The translations under genes were made by a program, and so were the position numbers. Of a stretch of DNA of 64,000 bases, positions 1 through 12,779 are shown piece after piece. Location of the stretch: contig OZ024741.1 in NCBI GenBank assembly GCA_964016885.1, positions 43,834,001 through 43,898,000 on the forward strand, given 5' to 3'. The notes beneath the pieces were generated by a model, which had not been told where the DNA came from, did no database searches, and saw only the letters and a list, made by a program, of their open reading frames with translations. The DNA is from Eledone cirrhosa (taxonomy: Eukaryota). Every line of letters begins with the position of its first letter. Position 1 is the first letter of the stretch.

Positions 1-1959
1 AAACAACAAAGAATCGCAGAAACATGACTGTCGTGTGGCTGGACTATCCAAAAGCATTTGATAGTGTACCTCATGGGTGGATTATTAAGGTTTTACAGTT
101 AGCTAAAGTCCCACAACCATTGGTAGCTGCTGTTGAACGCCTGACCAAGAACTGGTACACCAACTTGATCCTTAGAGGTGAGAAGGAGCAGGTTAAGACT
201 GATAAGATACATTACCAGACGCGCTTCTTTCAGGGTGATAGCTTGTCAGTGCTACTCTTCGATCTCTCACTGAATCCACTATCTTACCTACTCAGGAAAC
301 AAGGTGGACAAAGAAGTGGGCCCAGAAGTATCTCCCATATTTTCTTTGTTGATGACCTGAAGTTGTATGGGCCAAATATCAATGACATCATGAAACAATT
401 GGACCTCATTATACAATTTTCAACCGACATCAAAATGAAATTTGGTGAGTCCAAGTGTGCATATTTAGCAGTAAACCGTGGAAGAGCTGTGCCCTCCTCT
501 AGAAATCTAGAGATGAACGGCCTGACAATACAACCTCTGCAGTCAGGTGACAACTACAGATATCTTGGACAGGATGAGAATGTCAGATATGATGGTCCCA
601 TAAATAAGGAGAGAACCAGAACTGAATAGCACAGAAGAGTAAAGAAAATATGGTCATCAGAACTGTCAGCATACAACAAATACATTGCCCACAATACTTA
701 TGCTGTGCCAATTCTAACGCCAACATTTGGCCTACTGAACTGGTCATTGCAAGAACTAAGTGAGATGGATGTTAGAACTCGAAAACTTCTCAGTGTTTCT
801 GGGAACTTTAACATCAATGGTGATGTGGATAGGCTATACTTCTCACGCAAGGAAGGTGGCCGGGGTCTAAAATCAATATTAACAACATATGAGACCCGGA
901 TAGTAACACTGAAGCAACACCTTCAACAGAGGAAAAAGGTTGGCAACCATCTTGCCCAGGTTTATGAGCATGAAAAAATAAATATCATTAGAATAGCGAC
1001 TGATCTGGAGGAGAGATATGGAATAAAGCCTGATATAAATCTCTCACCCAGAGAAATCGGAAGATCCTATTCAATGTTCAAACAAGATAAAAAAAATTGA
1101 CCAATTTACAGAAAAAGTTGTGCATGGATACTTGAGGCGTAAAACACAGACCATAGAGGGGATAAACCACTCAAAAAGCCTGGCATGGAGTTCCGACAAG
1201 TTTATGACATCACACCTTGAGGGATATCTCTATGCAATACAGGAACACAAACTCCCTACCAAATATCTGCTGCACAAAAGAGGAGGGCCAGCAGCTGCCA
1301 ATAAATGTAGGCTATGTAAAACAAAGATCGAGGATGTAAGCCACATTGTTGCCAGCTGCGAAAGAATGTCATCTCGCTATTACCTCCCCATGAGACACGA
1401 TGGGATAGCTAGAACCATCTGGAACGCACTTCGGAAAACAAAATTAACAACAAACGAGGAAGAATATATTGAGACAGATGGCACTAAGGAATACTGGTGG
1501 AACCTGAAAATAAAAACTGCCACCAAATTAAAGCACAACCGGCCTGATATTGTAGTTTGGGACCACACATTGAAAACGTGTTCTGTTGTGGAGATCAGCT
1601 GCCCACTTGATGTAAACGTTGTCAGAAAAATACAGAAGAAGGAGGACATCTACGGACCATTGATGAGGAGTTTACAAATCCAGTATCAAAGATACACCTT
1701 TAGCTTCATATCCATCATTATTGGTGCTACGGGTTATATACCAACCCGCTTAGACCAAAGTATGACTGAACTTGGATTTGCGGACAAAAGGCGCAGCTCC
1801 CTAATTCATAGTCTACAAATGGCTGCGACAGCTGGCACCTTCAAAATTTGCAAAACATTCTTGCGATTCAAGGGATGACAATTTCTTTTCCATTACAACC
1901 TTGACACCTGGAAGGTGGCCGGTCAAAAAAATATACTCGAAATTAAGAGAAAGACAATA

Positions 1960-1960
<1 letters not shown>
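1..1960 (+). mobile_element. R4/Dong-like non-LTR retrotransposon (RT + CCHC + restriction-like endonuclease), disrupted; runs off the window start
   Basis: ORFs 24-629 (LDYPKAFDSVPH, FQGDSLS, FVDDLKLY), 705-1100 (RKEGGRGL), 1120-1878 (CRLC..HIVASC, RHD, RPDIVV..EISCP). Broken by a stop and a frameshift. 3' UTR runs into (CATA)n/(TA)n. Confidence 0.9.
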
Positions 1961-2084
<124 letters not shown>

Positions 2085-2351
2085 TGAAAGAAAGAAAACG
2101 CAGCAAGTGGAGATATGATACAAGCTAAAATTATTAGAGTAACGGCTTGAGGAATTGGAAAAGAAGTTAATTACCGCTATCACTTTTATGGGAATAATAT
2201 AAAGAAAAACGGAGTACAGAAGGCGAAACTTGCCTCCTGCGTACAAACGTTTGGACAACATGAATGTATGTGTATGTATGTAAGTATGTATGTATGTATG
2301 TATGTATGTATGTATGTATGTATGTATGTATGTATGTATGTACATATATAT

Positions 2352-2885
2352 ATGGTGGCTGCCAACTCGTTTTCGAGTACGGCCACTACTTTATATCCGT
2401 GTAGGAGAATCCCTACCGATGCGCTGAACGAGTATGACTTTTTAGTCCAGCCAGCGACTTGAAATCTCTGGTACAAACACTACACTTGTGACAATTATTG
2501 ACACAGTGCTGGGCCCATGGTACCATGTGAGGACAAGTGCAGAGAGATCTCCAGATATAAAGCAATGCCTGTGCCGTGAAGCTTTTATAGTGAGCAAAGG
2601 CACTGCACAAAGCCAGTCCCACTCTCTTAACCAAGATGATATTTACCAAAAAGAAGAACAAGTCAACATCATTGAATACCATCAGGGTTGCAGGTGTTAT
2701 ATCAGAGTTTTCCTTCTCCTAGAATTCTGCCTTGACAAAAGCTAAGGGGTCATCTCTCCCGGGGATTTTGGATGGCCATTGACTCTTAAGAGCTCCTTTG
2801 CCCTTTGACAGGTTTTGTTTTTAGTCCTGCAGGATGTCCAAAGTATCCCTCCTCGCCAAGAAACCTTGGTGGGGTTGCCAGTTTA
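2352..2885 (-). mobile_element. RTE-derived non-autonomous element (SINE-like), copy 1
   Basis: Reverse complement of 6836-7370. Has an RTE-type 5' motif (CTAGGAGAAGGAAAACTCTGA), a C2H2 remnant (CSVCTRDFKSLAGLKSHTRSAH) and a (TATG)n tail. Confidence 0.75.
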
Positions 2886-2915
2886 CATATATATATACAT
2901 ATATATATACATACA

Positions 2916-2947
<32 letters not shown>

Positions 2948-3192
2948 CATACATATATATATACATATATATATATACATACACATATATATACATACAC
3001 ACATATACATACATATATATATACACACACATACATACATACACATATACACATATATACATACACATATATATACATACACACATACATATATACATAT
3101 ACACATACATACATATACAGACATATACACATACATATATATACATATACATACATATACATATATATACACATACATATATATATACATAC

Positions 3193-3223
<31 letters not shown>

Positions 3224-3482
3224 CATATATATATACATACATATATACATACATATATACATATATACACATACATATATACATATATATACATACACAT
3301 ATACACACATATACATACACATATACATACATATACATACATATATACATATATATACATACATATATACATGTATATACATATATACATACACATACAT
3401 ATGTATATATATATACATATATATACATATGTACATATATATACATATGTATGACCACATATGTATATATATATACATATGT
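2886..3482. repeat. Degenerate TA/CA/TACA microsatellite array
   Basis: Low-complexity array; source of spurious YI/HT-rich ORFs. Confidence 0.95.
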
Positions 3483-3807
3483 ATGACCACAATAATTTTT
3501 GCAACACCAAAGTAGCGCTGGAGCCACTTTTTTAACATAAAAACAGGTAGAATTCCCAAAACTAATCAGATCAGAGCAAACAACACGGACTCTCTATCTC
3601 AAAATTATTTTTGAAAAGCATTTAGAAATGCGCAACCGGTAAAAACTTAAAAACTTAAAAGCACAACTGAATACTAACCCATACAATCACTAATACACTT
3701 TTATTCCTAATTAAACCATTTTTTCAACTAAACAATTTGTCAGCATTTTCTATTCCGTTTACCAATGTATAATAACTTGTGTGTTTCACCTCTATTCTTT
3801 TAACTAT

Positions 3808-3964
3808 CATATATATATACATGTATATATATACACATATATATACACATATATATATACATACATATACATATATATATATACATATATATACATATAT
3901 ATAAATATATATACATATATATACATATATATACATATATATACATATATATACACATATACAT

Positions 3965-4042
<78 letters not shown>

Positions 4043-4308
4043 GTATATACATATATACATATATATACATACATATACACATATATATATATATACACAT
4101 ACATGTACATATATACATATATACATACACATATATATATACACATATATACACATATACACATATATATACATATATATATATATATATACATACACAT
4201 ATACATACATACAGATATACATATACATATATATATATACATATATATACATATATATATATACATATATATATACATATATACATACATATACATATAC
4301 ATATATAT

Positions 4309-4339
<31 letters not shown>

Positions 4340-4362
4340 TACACATATATATACATATACAC

Positions 4363-4421
<59 letters not shown>

Positions 4422-4794
4422 TATATACATTTATATACATATACATATATATACATATATATATATACATATATATATACATATATATATATACATATAT
4501 ATATACATATACATATATATATACATATATACATATATATATATACATATACATATATATACATATATACATACATATATACATATACATATATATACAC
4601 ATATACATATATATATATACATACATATATATACATATACATATATATACATATATACATACATATATATACATATATATACATATATATATATACATAT
4701 ATACATATATACATATATATACGTATATATATACATATATATATACATATATACATACATATAAACATATATATATATACATATATACATATAT

Positions 4795-4827
<33 letters not shown>

Positions 4828-4829
4828 TA

Positions 4830-4865
<36 letters not shown>

Positions 4866-4870
4866 TATAT

Positions 4871-4927
<57 letters not shown>

Positions 4928-5038
4928 TACATATACACACATATATACACATATACACACATATATATACATACACATATATACATATATACACACACAC
5001 ACATATACATATACATATATATATATACACATATATAC

Positions 5039-5111
<73 letters not shown>

Positions 5112-5114
5112 CAC

Positions 5115-5161
<47 letters not shown>

Positions 5162-5312
5162 CATATATATATATATACATATATATATATACATACATAT
5201 ACATATATATATATATACACATATATATACATATATATATACATCTATATATATACATATATATACATATATATATACATATACATATATATATATATAT
5301 ATATACATACAT
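3808..5312. repeat. ~1.5 kb degenerate (TA)n/(TACA)n array
   Basis: Low-complexity array; source of spurious 300-500 aa ORFs. Confidence 0.95.
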
Positions 5313-5443
5313 GTAAAGTTATATTTAAAATTGTTGGGTTACAACTAGTAAATATTTATAACTGATATAAAAGCACTCGACAAATATTTGGAGTATATTT
5401 ACAATATTAAATAAATGGAAAACTATATTTATAAAACCATATT

Positions 5444-5509
5444 TATTTCATTATATATATTTCGGGGATATCATATTAACAATATGCTATGCCTTCATCA
5501 GACAAAATA
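5444..5509 (-). ncRNA. Type I hammerhead ribozyme motif in a PLE pLTR remnant
   Basis: Minus strand: TATTTTGT-CTGATGA-stem II-GAAA-TATATA-TA-ATGAAATA. Flanks are homologous to 11830-11935. Confidence 0.7.
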
Positions 5510-5877
5510 CAATGTTAACAGTTTTATAGATAAATATATTCGACATACCGTAATAAACATCAACTTCATTTGAAGAGGTTTACGCTAGCAGTGAAAATAC
5601 AGAGAGAAAGAAAGAGAGAAAGAAAAGAGGGAAAAAAGAAAGAAAGAAAGACAAAACGAAGAAAAGGAAGAAAAAGAAGAAAAAGAAAAAGAAGAAATGC
5701 ATGGAACAAAATAGAGAGATGGAAAAATAGATAAAGCGAAGAGCTTCATGTAAAGAGACAGAAAGAGATATATATATATATAGAGAGAGAGAGAGAGGAA
5801 ATAGAGATAGATACATATATATATATAGAAAATTAGGTAGTGGGAGGTCATTTTGAGTAAGTGTATCAATGATACAT

Positions 5878-5920
<43 letters not shown>

Positions 5921-6275
5921 GCTCAAGTATTAATGTAAGGGAGATATATAGAGAGATATAGAGAGATATATAGAGAGAAAAAAATTTAAAAATAGCCAGA
6001 CATATTCGAGGCGTAGAAAACCCTATGTTTTAATGTATTACTATTTATAAAACTTACACTACATTGTAAATATCAGTATTCCTGAATGAAACAAGTATTC
6101 ACAATGTGTGAAAATTCATTATCTTATGTTTAGTTTTAAAAAATTCATATGTTTATGTGACAGCTACAAACATCAATGTGAATCCAACTGATTCACTCCG
6201 CAAACTCTAGGTTACCGGAAAACATTCTCAATGTGGTATAAATACGCTCAAATTTTTATACCACATTGAGAATGT

Positions 6276-6772
6276 GACATCCTGCAGGACTAAAAACAAA
6301 ACCTGTCGAAGGTCAAAGGAGCTCTTAAGAGTCAATGGCCATCCAAAATCACCGGGAGAGATGAACCCTTAGCCTTTGTCAAGGCAGAATTCTAGGAGAA
6401 GGAAAACTCTGATATAACACCTGCAAATCTGATGGTATCAATGATGTTGACTTGTTCTTCTTTTTGGTAAATATCATCTTGGTTAAGAGAGTGGGACGGG
6501 CTTTGTGCAGTGCCTTTGCTCACTATAAAAGCTTCACGGCACAGGCATTGCTTTATATCTGGAGATCTCACTGCACTTGACATCACATGGTACCATGGGC
6601 CCAGCACTATGTATCAATAATTGTCACAAGTGTAGTGTTTGTACCAGAGTTTTCAAGTCGCTGGCTGAACTAAAATGTCACACACGTTCAGCACATCGGT
6701 AGGGGTTCTCCTACATGGATATAAAATAGTGGCCGTACTCGAAACGAGTTGGCAGCCACCATGTATGTATGT
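6276..6772 (+). mobile_element. RTE-derived non-autonomous element, copy 2 (5'-truncated)
   Basis: Near-identical to 6883-7380. Ends GGCCGTACTCGAAACGAGTTGGCAGCCACC-(ATGT)n. Confidence 0.75.
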
Positions 6773-6773
6773 A

Positions 6774-7400
6774 TTTGGTGCTACTGGTAACATGTATCCC
6801 AGTACAACTTGTCTCATGGTCGGGTCGTTAGCGACTAAACTAGCAACCCCACCAAGGTTTCTTGGTGAGGATGGTGACTTTGGACATCCTGCAGGACTAA
6901 AAACAAAACCTGTCAAAGGGCAAAGGAGCTCTTAAGAGTCAATGGCCATCCAAAATCACCGGGAGAGATGACCCCTTAGCCTTTGTCAAGGCAGAACTCT
7001 AGGAGAAGGAAAACTCTGATATAACACCTGCAACCCTGATGGTATCCAATGATGTTGACTTGTTTTTTTTTTTGGTAAATATCATCTTGATTAAGAAAGT
7101 GGGACTGGCTTTGTGCAGTGCCTTTGCTCACTATAAAAGCTTCACGGCACAGGCATTGCTTTGTATCTGGAGATCTCTCTGTATTTGTCGTCACGTGGTA
7201 CCATGGGCCCAGCACTATGTGTCAATAATTGTCACAGGTGTAGTGTTTGTACCAGAGTTTTCAAGTCGCTGACTGGACTAAAAAGTCACACTCTTTCAGC
7301 GCATCGGTAGGGGTTCTCCTACATGGATATAAAGTAGTGGCCGTACTCGAAAACGAGTTGGCAGCCACCATGTATGTTTGTATGTATGTATGTATGTATG
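6774..7400 (+). mobile_element. RTE-derived non-autonomous element, copy 3 (longest), head-to-tail with copy 2
   Basis: Same family as 2352-2885 and 6276-6772. Confidence 0.75.
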
Positions 7401-7587
7401 TACGTATGCATGTGTGTGAATGTGTGTGTCTGTGTTTGTAAGCGTTTGTGTATTTCTGAGAAGGCAAGAAACGTCATCGATATATTTTTTACGACAGAAA
7501 AATTGACTAAGCAATAATGTATATAAGAGACTCACCTAATGCTCAAGGATGTGTATTAGTACATACAGGCCAAAGCAATTTGACGTT

Positions 7588-7634
<47 letters not shown>

Positions 7635-7747
7635 TTATTTCTAAGGAAAAACGGTATGTTACAGGTAAATATTTAGAAAGCCGTAGCTAAGCAACAAACT
7701 CCAGGACTAACGCCCTCTGGTGGTGTCCAGCAGAAGCAAGTGGAACA

Positions 7748-7781
7748 ATCGGCGGTGCATTTCGGACTTCATCAGGACGAT
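7748..7781 (-). ncRNA. Degenerate minimal hammerhead-like motif
   Basis: Minus strand: ATCGTC-CTGATGA-AGTCC-GAAA-TGCA-CC-GCCGAT. No stem II, and U16.1 is changed. Its downstream tail (7636-7700) recurs inverted at ~58425-58490. Confidence 0.3.
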
Positions 7782-7912
7782 CCCGCTCACACTTGCGACT
7801 GCTGGACCTGAAAATAATCGAAAATATATAGTTTTCTCGTCTGTGTAAATAAGGTGATTAATCTCATTTGCATATGAAGTTGCATAAGTTGACTCAACTA
7901 ATAAGAGAATAG

Positions 7913-8352
7913 AATTAGGATATAGCTTCTTGCATAGCTGTATAGATTTATTTTTGCATAGCTCTGGCTATGTAAATGCTTAACTGTACACATACTGTTT
8001 CCTTAGAAATACGAAATTTCTAGACATATTTGTATATAGCTATGCCTGAAGCTAAATCCTAATTATATATGTCAGAGCTAGTGAAAATATATGCTATTTT
8101 CAAAAATACACAGTGATTGGTCGGCCTCATTTGCATATTAGCAGACTGGCTGATTATTTGAATTTGGCAAAGCCGGCCATTTATCACTCGTATACAGGAA
8201 ACTGACTGGCCAGTCTGCTGATATACAAATCTGGCTGATCAGTGGATCTGCTAATATGCAGATCTGACTGATCAGCCAGTCTGCTAATATGCAGATCAGG
8301 CCCATCAGTCACTGTGTATTTTTGAAAATAGCATATGTTTTCACTAGCTCTG
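7913..8352. repeat. Two adjacent imperfect inverted repeats (7913-7944/8033-8064 and 8073-8155/8268-8352)
   Basis: Arms are reverse complements. The second pair carries ATTTGCAT-like octamer motifs and internal ~23-bp subrepeats. Confidence 0.8.
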
Positions 8353-8373
8353 ATAGATTGGCAGGCGAACAGT

Positions 8374-8423
8374 GAGCTGTACTGATGAAGGGTGATACCC
8401 AGAAACATTAGTGTCTGCAGTTC
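8374..8423 (+). ncRNA. Type I hammerhead ribozyme motif
   Basis: GAGCTGTA-CTGATGA-AGGGTGATACCCA-GAAA-CATTAGTG-TC-TGCAGTTC: 8-bp stem I (two G.U), GUC cleavage triplet. Confidence 0.75.
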
Positions 8424-8563
8424 TGTTTACATGCCAGCACAAGAGCAAGTATGACTGACATGGCTATAAAATTGAGGCTGTTTTGCATAATTGAAAACGA
8501 ATCGAATGTTATTATTAATATTCGAATAACTCAATAAGGGTAGGTCCTTAGAGTTATAACCTA

Positions 8564-8993
8564 ATGTTTAAATAGCTTGACAAATTGAAAATTGCAGTAG
8601 GCAAAACCCAATCACACCGTACCAAACAACGAAAGAACTAATCAGATTAAAACAACAGATCTGGACAGATCGAACGATATTCTGCAATACGCCCGATATG
8701 TTTCTATAAATCCGAAATCATCAATCCCGCTTACGTAACACGCAAGCTTGTGGTATTCCATGATCGAACAGGGGACTCATTTCATCGACAGGATCATGGA
8801 ATACCACAAGCTTGCGTGTTACGTAAGTGGGATTGATGATTTCGGATTTATGGAAACATATCGGGCGTATTGCAGAATATCGTTCGATCTGTCCAGGTAT
8901 GTGGTTTTAACCTGATTAGTTCTTTCGTTGTTTGGTACGGTGTGATTGGGTTTTGCCTACCGCAATTTTAAATTTGTCAAGCTATTTAAACAT
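8564..8993. repeat. Fold-back palindrome, ~200-bp arms, 26-bp spacer
   Basis: 8564-8765 is the reverse complement of 8792-8993 with few mismatches; the right end abuts (TA)n. Confidence 0.92.
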
Positions 8994-8994
8994 A

Positions 8995-9035
<41 letters not shown>

Positions 9036-9143
9036 GTATAAAAATCAATACAATATAATTACCTCATTACCAGAGGTTTCCCGAATGAGGCGAATATGAA
9101 ATAAACGGTAGAAAATGGTAATAGAATTTTATCATGGAAAGAG

Positions 9144-9237
<94 letters not shown>

Positions 9238-9389
9238 ACATATATATTATAGATGTATGGATAAAAAATTATCCCATGTCCGTCAACTGACAAAGAAACT
9301 GGAGACAGTGGGCAAGGGATTATTAGCGAAAGAAGAAGAAAACATAAAGAAATCAGAAATGAATAATATGGATTGCAGACGAAAATGAC

Positions 9390-9420
<31 letters not shown>

Positions 9421-10490
9421 CTTCTTCTTCTCCCCCCCCCTCCTCCTCGTCCTCCTTCTTCTTCTTCTTGTTCTTGTTCTTCTTCTTCTTCTTCTTCTGA
9501 TAGTCGTATGAGCTGAGTCACCATATACGCTTTCCAGGGGGTGCTCTCAGAAGCAACCATCTCCAACTGACCCGGCTGGATCCTCAACAGAGGTCATGGT
9601 TGTTATCCAAACATCTTTTAACTGATATTCTTTTATATATATATATCCATTATACCAAATCTATGATCTCTATATTCTGCGAAGTGGTTACTGAACCTGA
9701 TCTCCTAGTTATGCACTTTAGCGAATAATGTTACTCCAAAGACCCTATTACCTAAGTTTTATGTCCATAGAGAAGGATGGCTCCAACACAGAATCGAAGA
9801 CTGCGAGTTTGATATTTAGACCTACTTCCCTGCTTCTGATGACTAAGTGATGAAGCGGATACATAACTACATCAGCTCAGCAATTAATGCATCTATTTCT
9901 GCTCTCTACTTTCTATCACTCGTAAAAGAACGCCGAAATATTTGAACGATAAAACTTGCTCCAGTAAATCTCCAATCTCACGCAGAATTCATTGCATAGG
10001 CTTTCTTGGAGGACGGCTGCTGCAATCATCTCAGCACTATTTTAATTCCTCTCGTCCAGTAAATCAGCAGCAAACCTATCCCATGAATGTCGGTGAATAG
10101 TTTCTGATGAGTTAATTCTAAACATATCGAACTATGCTTTAAACCGGCTGCCTTTGTCTATCCTGCTCATGATCTATCCTGCTCATGAAGATTATGAAGA
10201 GAAAATGTCACATCAGACAACAGTGGCGACACCTGCATTAAATGGTTTCGACTTCCTACCATTTATCCGGACGGAAACATTGGACCATTCGTATAGGGAC
10301 TTCAAGACAACTAGAAGCTGTCCATTGATCCCATACGCCTGTAGGACCTTCCATAAAAAAGCACAGATAGACGTTGTCTTATGCTCTTTTGAGGCATACA
10401 CCTCTTGGAAATACTGCCACAATTTCTCTAAGACCTACCTTAGAGTAACGAGCTGGTTGGCTGTGATACGTGCGGTCTGAAACTACACTG
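9390..10490 (-). mobile_element. Highly degenerate RTE-like LINE fragment with (GAA)n tail
   Basis: Minus ORF 10213-10422 has LWKVLQAYGINGQLLVVLKSLY..VRINGRKSKPF (RT). The 3' end at ~9500-9590 is followed by GAA repeats. Confidence 0.55.
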
Positions 10491-11536
10491 TTCGTAAGAA
10501 AATAATACAATGAATGAAAAATAATCACCCTAATCACTGGGAGGAATGCGATGAACTTTAATAGGTTGCAATCGTCCTCGTTGCCTGACTGGTTTCTGTT
10601 GAATAAGAGTCTATATTTGAAGCAGATAGAAACATTGTCCCGTCATCCGTAGAACGTAAGAAAAAAATAATATCAATATTATTGAGATAAGATTTAATTC
10701 ACGTTAATAGTAAACAAAAGAAGTTATTGAATGGAAATAAAAGTGTCATATGTAAATAAGACATTCACATTAATTATAACTATTATTGAATCTATGGGGC
10801 TTTTTCTGAATATGCAATAACGAAAATATTGTTTATTGTACAAAATATTTTTCTCTTTCTCCCGGTCACGCTCGCACCCTCCCCCCACACCTCTCTCTCC
10901 CTATTTCTGTACATCTGTATTGTATCCAATATAAGATAACAGCAAACGTATGCTTCAACTATTTTCTTTTGCTTGTATATTTTCTTTAATGGGAAATCGT
11001 TCTTTTTTAATATTGTTGTTTTCGTAATAATTTTTGACAAATGGAACATTACAGATATATGGAACGTTAACCATGAATAGAAAATATATATAAACATTTT
11101 CCAACATATTATGAAACGTACCTTCCGCCACAGACAGAGAAAGCAAATGGTCAGCAAATACAAATTTTCAGCGAAAGAAAAAGTAATGCATATAAAAATA
11201 AAATTTAAGAAAAACAAATGAATCAATAAAGTCAAAAAATCCTAGGAAAATTTGTATTGAAGGAAACAAATTCTTGTTAGGACATTGTAGCCGTCATGGA
11301 CAAAACAGCGATGCAACGGTGAGTATTCCACACAATTAAAGATATTCCTCCAGATTGACACCAAATCCCCAAGTTATGCCATTATTAGCGGGCCACAGGT
11401 ATTATTTCTGGCATCTGATCATAGGTACATTCCAGCCCTGACACAAGAGGTGGTATTCAGCACACCGAGGGCGCTTATAATGGGTAGCGCGTAATACTGG
11501 AATCGATAGCTAATCAGACTTGTGGATTCCTCAATA

Positions 11537-11627
<91 letters not shown>

Positions 11628-11830
11628 CAAAAGGGATATTCAATTTGTTGGTAATTCAACAAATATAATTGTTTATAAATGATTCAAAGCACTCGACAGC
11701 TTTTCTGGAGTATAGTAACCAAGGAATAAAATATTCAAGTATAATATTCTGGAATTTAATATTCAAGGAAAAACTTGAACCGTTAAGTTCTTCTTTCTTT
11801 GTTATGCCAATATTTATAAAACAAACTTTG

Positions 11831-11891
11831 TATTTTATCTGATGAGGGCGTACCAAAGTTTTGGTACCCTTGAAATATATATAATAGAATA
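11831..11891 (+). ncRNA. Type I hammerhead ribozyme motif (PLE pLTR)
   Basis: TATTTTAT-CTGATGA-GGGCGTACCAAAGTTTTGGTACCCTT-GAAA-TATATA-TA-ATAGAATA; palindromic stem III. Confidence 0.8.
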
Positions 11892-11930
11892 AATATGGTT
11901 TTATAAATATAGTTTCCATTTATTTAATAT

Positions 11931-11972
<42 letters not shown>

Positions 11973-12304
11973 GCCGATGATTTGATCAGAGACACACTGT
12001 ATTTAACGTCAAGTAACGCAATTTCGAGTGATCAGCGGCCTTTAAACTTACCTGATCAATGAAACAATTGTTAATACTGTAAATAAAATCCTTTTGGTAC
12101 AGCCGACCATGTTATTCTTCACTCTTTCACTATTATTACTCCAAGCACATGGCAATTCTCGCATACTCGCTACCTTATTAAGGAAACATCTTCTTGAGTC
12201 AAACAACTCCGTACGTTAAAACTATCCATAGTACAGAGTACTCACAACAACCTCTAACTGGATTACCTAAAACGATAACTTGTTATCCGATATATATATA
12301 TATA

Positions 12305-12750
12305 TAAATATAAGTATGTATACGTACATACATATATGTATACAGACGTACAGTAGTATGTATATATATATATATATACATACATGCACACACATATATA
12401 TATATGTACGTATGGATTCACCAAACATTTATTATAATCCTCGGTGTGTTTGTAAACGATAGCTAACAAGCTTGAAACTAGTACAGCGTTCCTTTGTCAG
12501 TGTTGAACAAACAAGCAACGGTGTTTGCTAGACACTGCGGCTTTATATGGGATGTTTGTTTACAAACACACCGAGCATTATAATAAATGTTTGGTGAATC
12601 CATACGTACATATATATATGTGTGCATGTATATATATATACATACTACTGTACGTCTGTATACATATATGTATGTACGTATACATACTTATATTTAAGTA
12701 ACAGCCGTACTAAGAGTGGGAAATGAAATTTGGTTTCATTTTTTCCGTTT
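12305..12750 (+). mobile_element. 5'-truncated pLTR fragment with inverted 5' copy (arms 12305-12457/12558-12696)
   Basis: 12458-12750 is homologous to 59542-59870. The HHR is cut inside its core, leaving GATAGCT..AGCTTGAAACTAGTAC. Confidence 0.8.
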
Positions 12751-12779
12751 ATATATATATATATATATTTATTTAATTA

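Noticed and set aside
2786-5365. Many 200-500 aa ORFs rich in Y/I/H/T/M/C/V
   Set aside because: Translations of TA/CA microsatellites, which lack stop codons in most frames. The same applies to similar ORFs at 16.3, 23.5, 25.1, 31.5 and 43 kb.
6774-6855. Possible HDV-like ribozyme at the 5' end of the RTE-derived element (GG-TCG-TTAG-CGA-CTAA)
   Set aside because: A P4/J4-2-like part is present, but I could not build consistent P1, P2 and P3 helices by eye. An RNArobo/Infernal HDV search would be needed.
9132-9587. ORF with poly-E/poly-R tract
   Set aside because: Translation of a (GAA)n LINE tail and adjacent microsatellite.
9830-9860. CTGATGA motif
   Set aside because: No stem II/GAAA/stem I arrangement; lies in a decayed LINE region.
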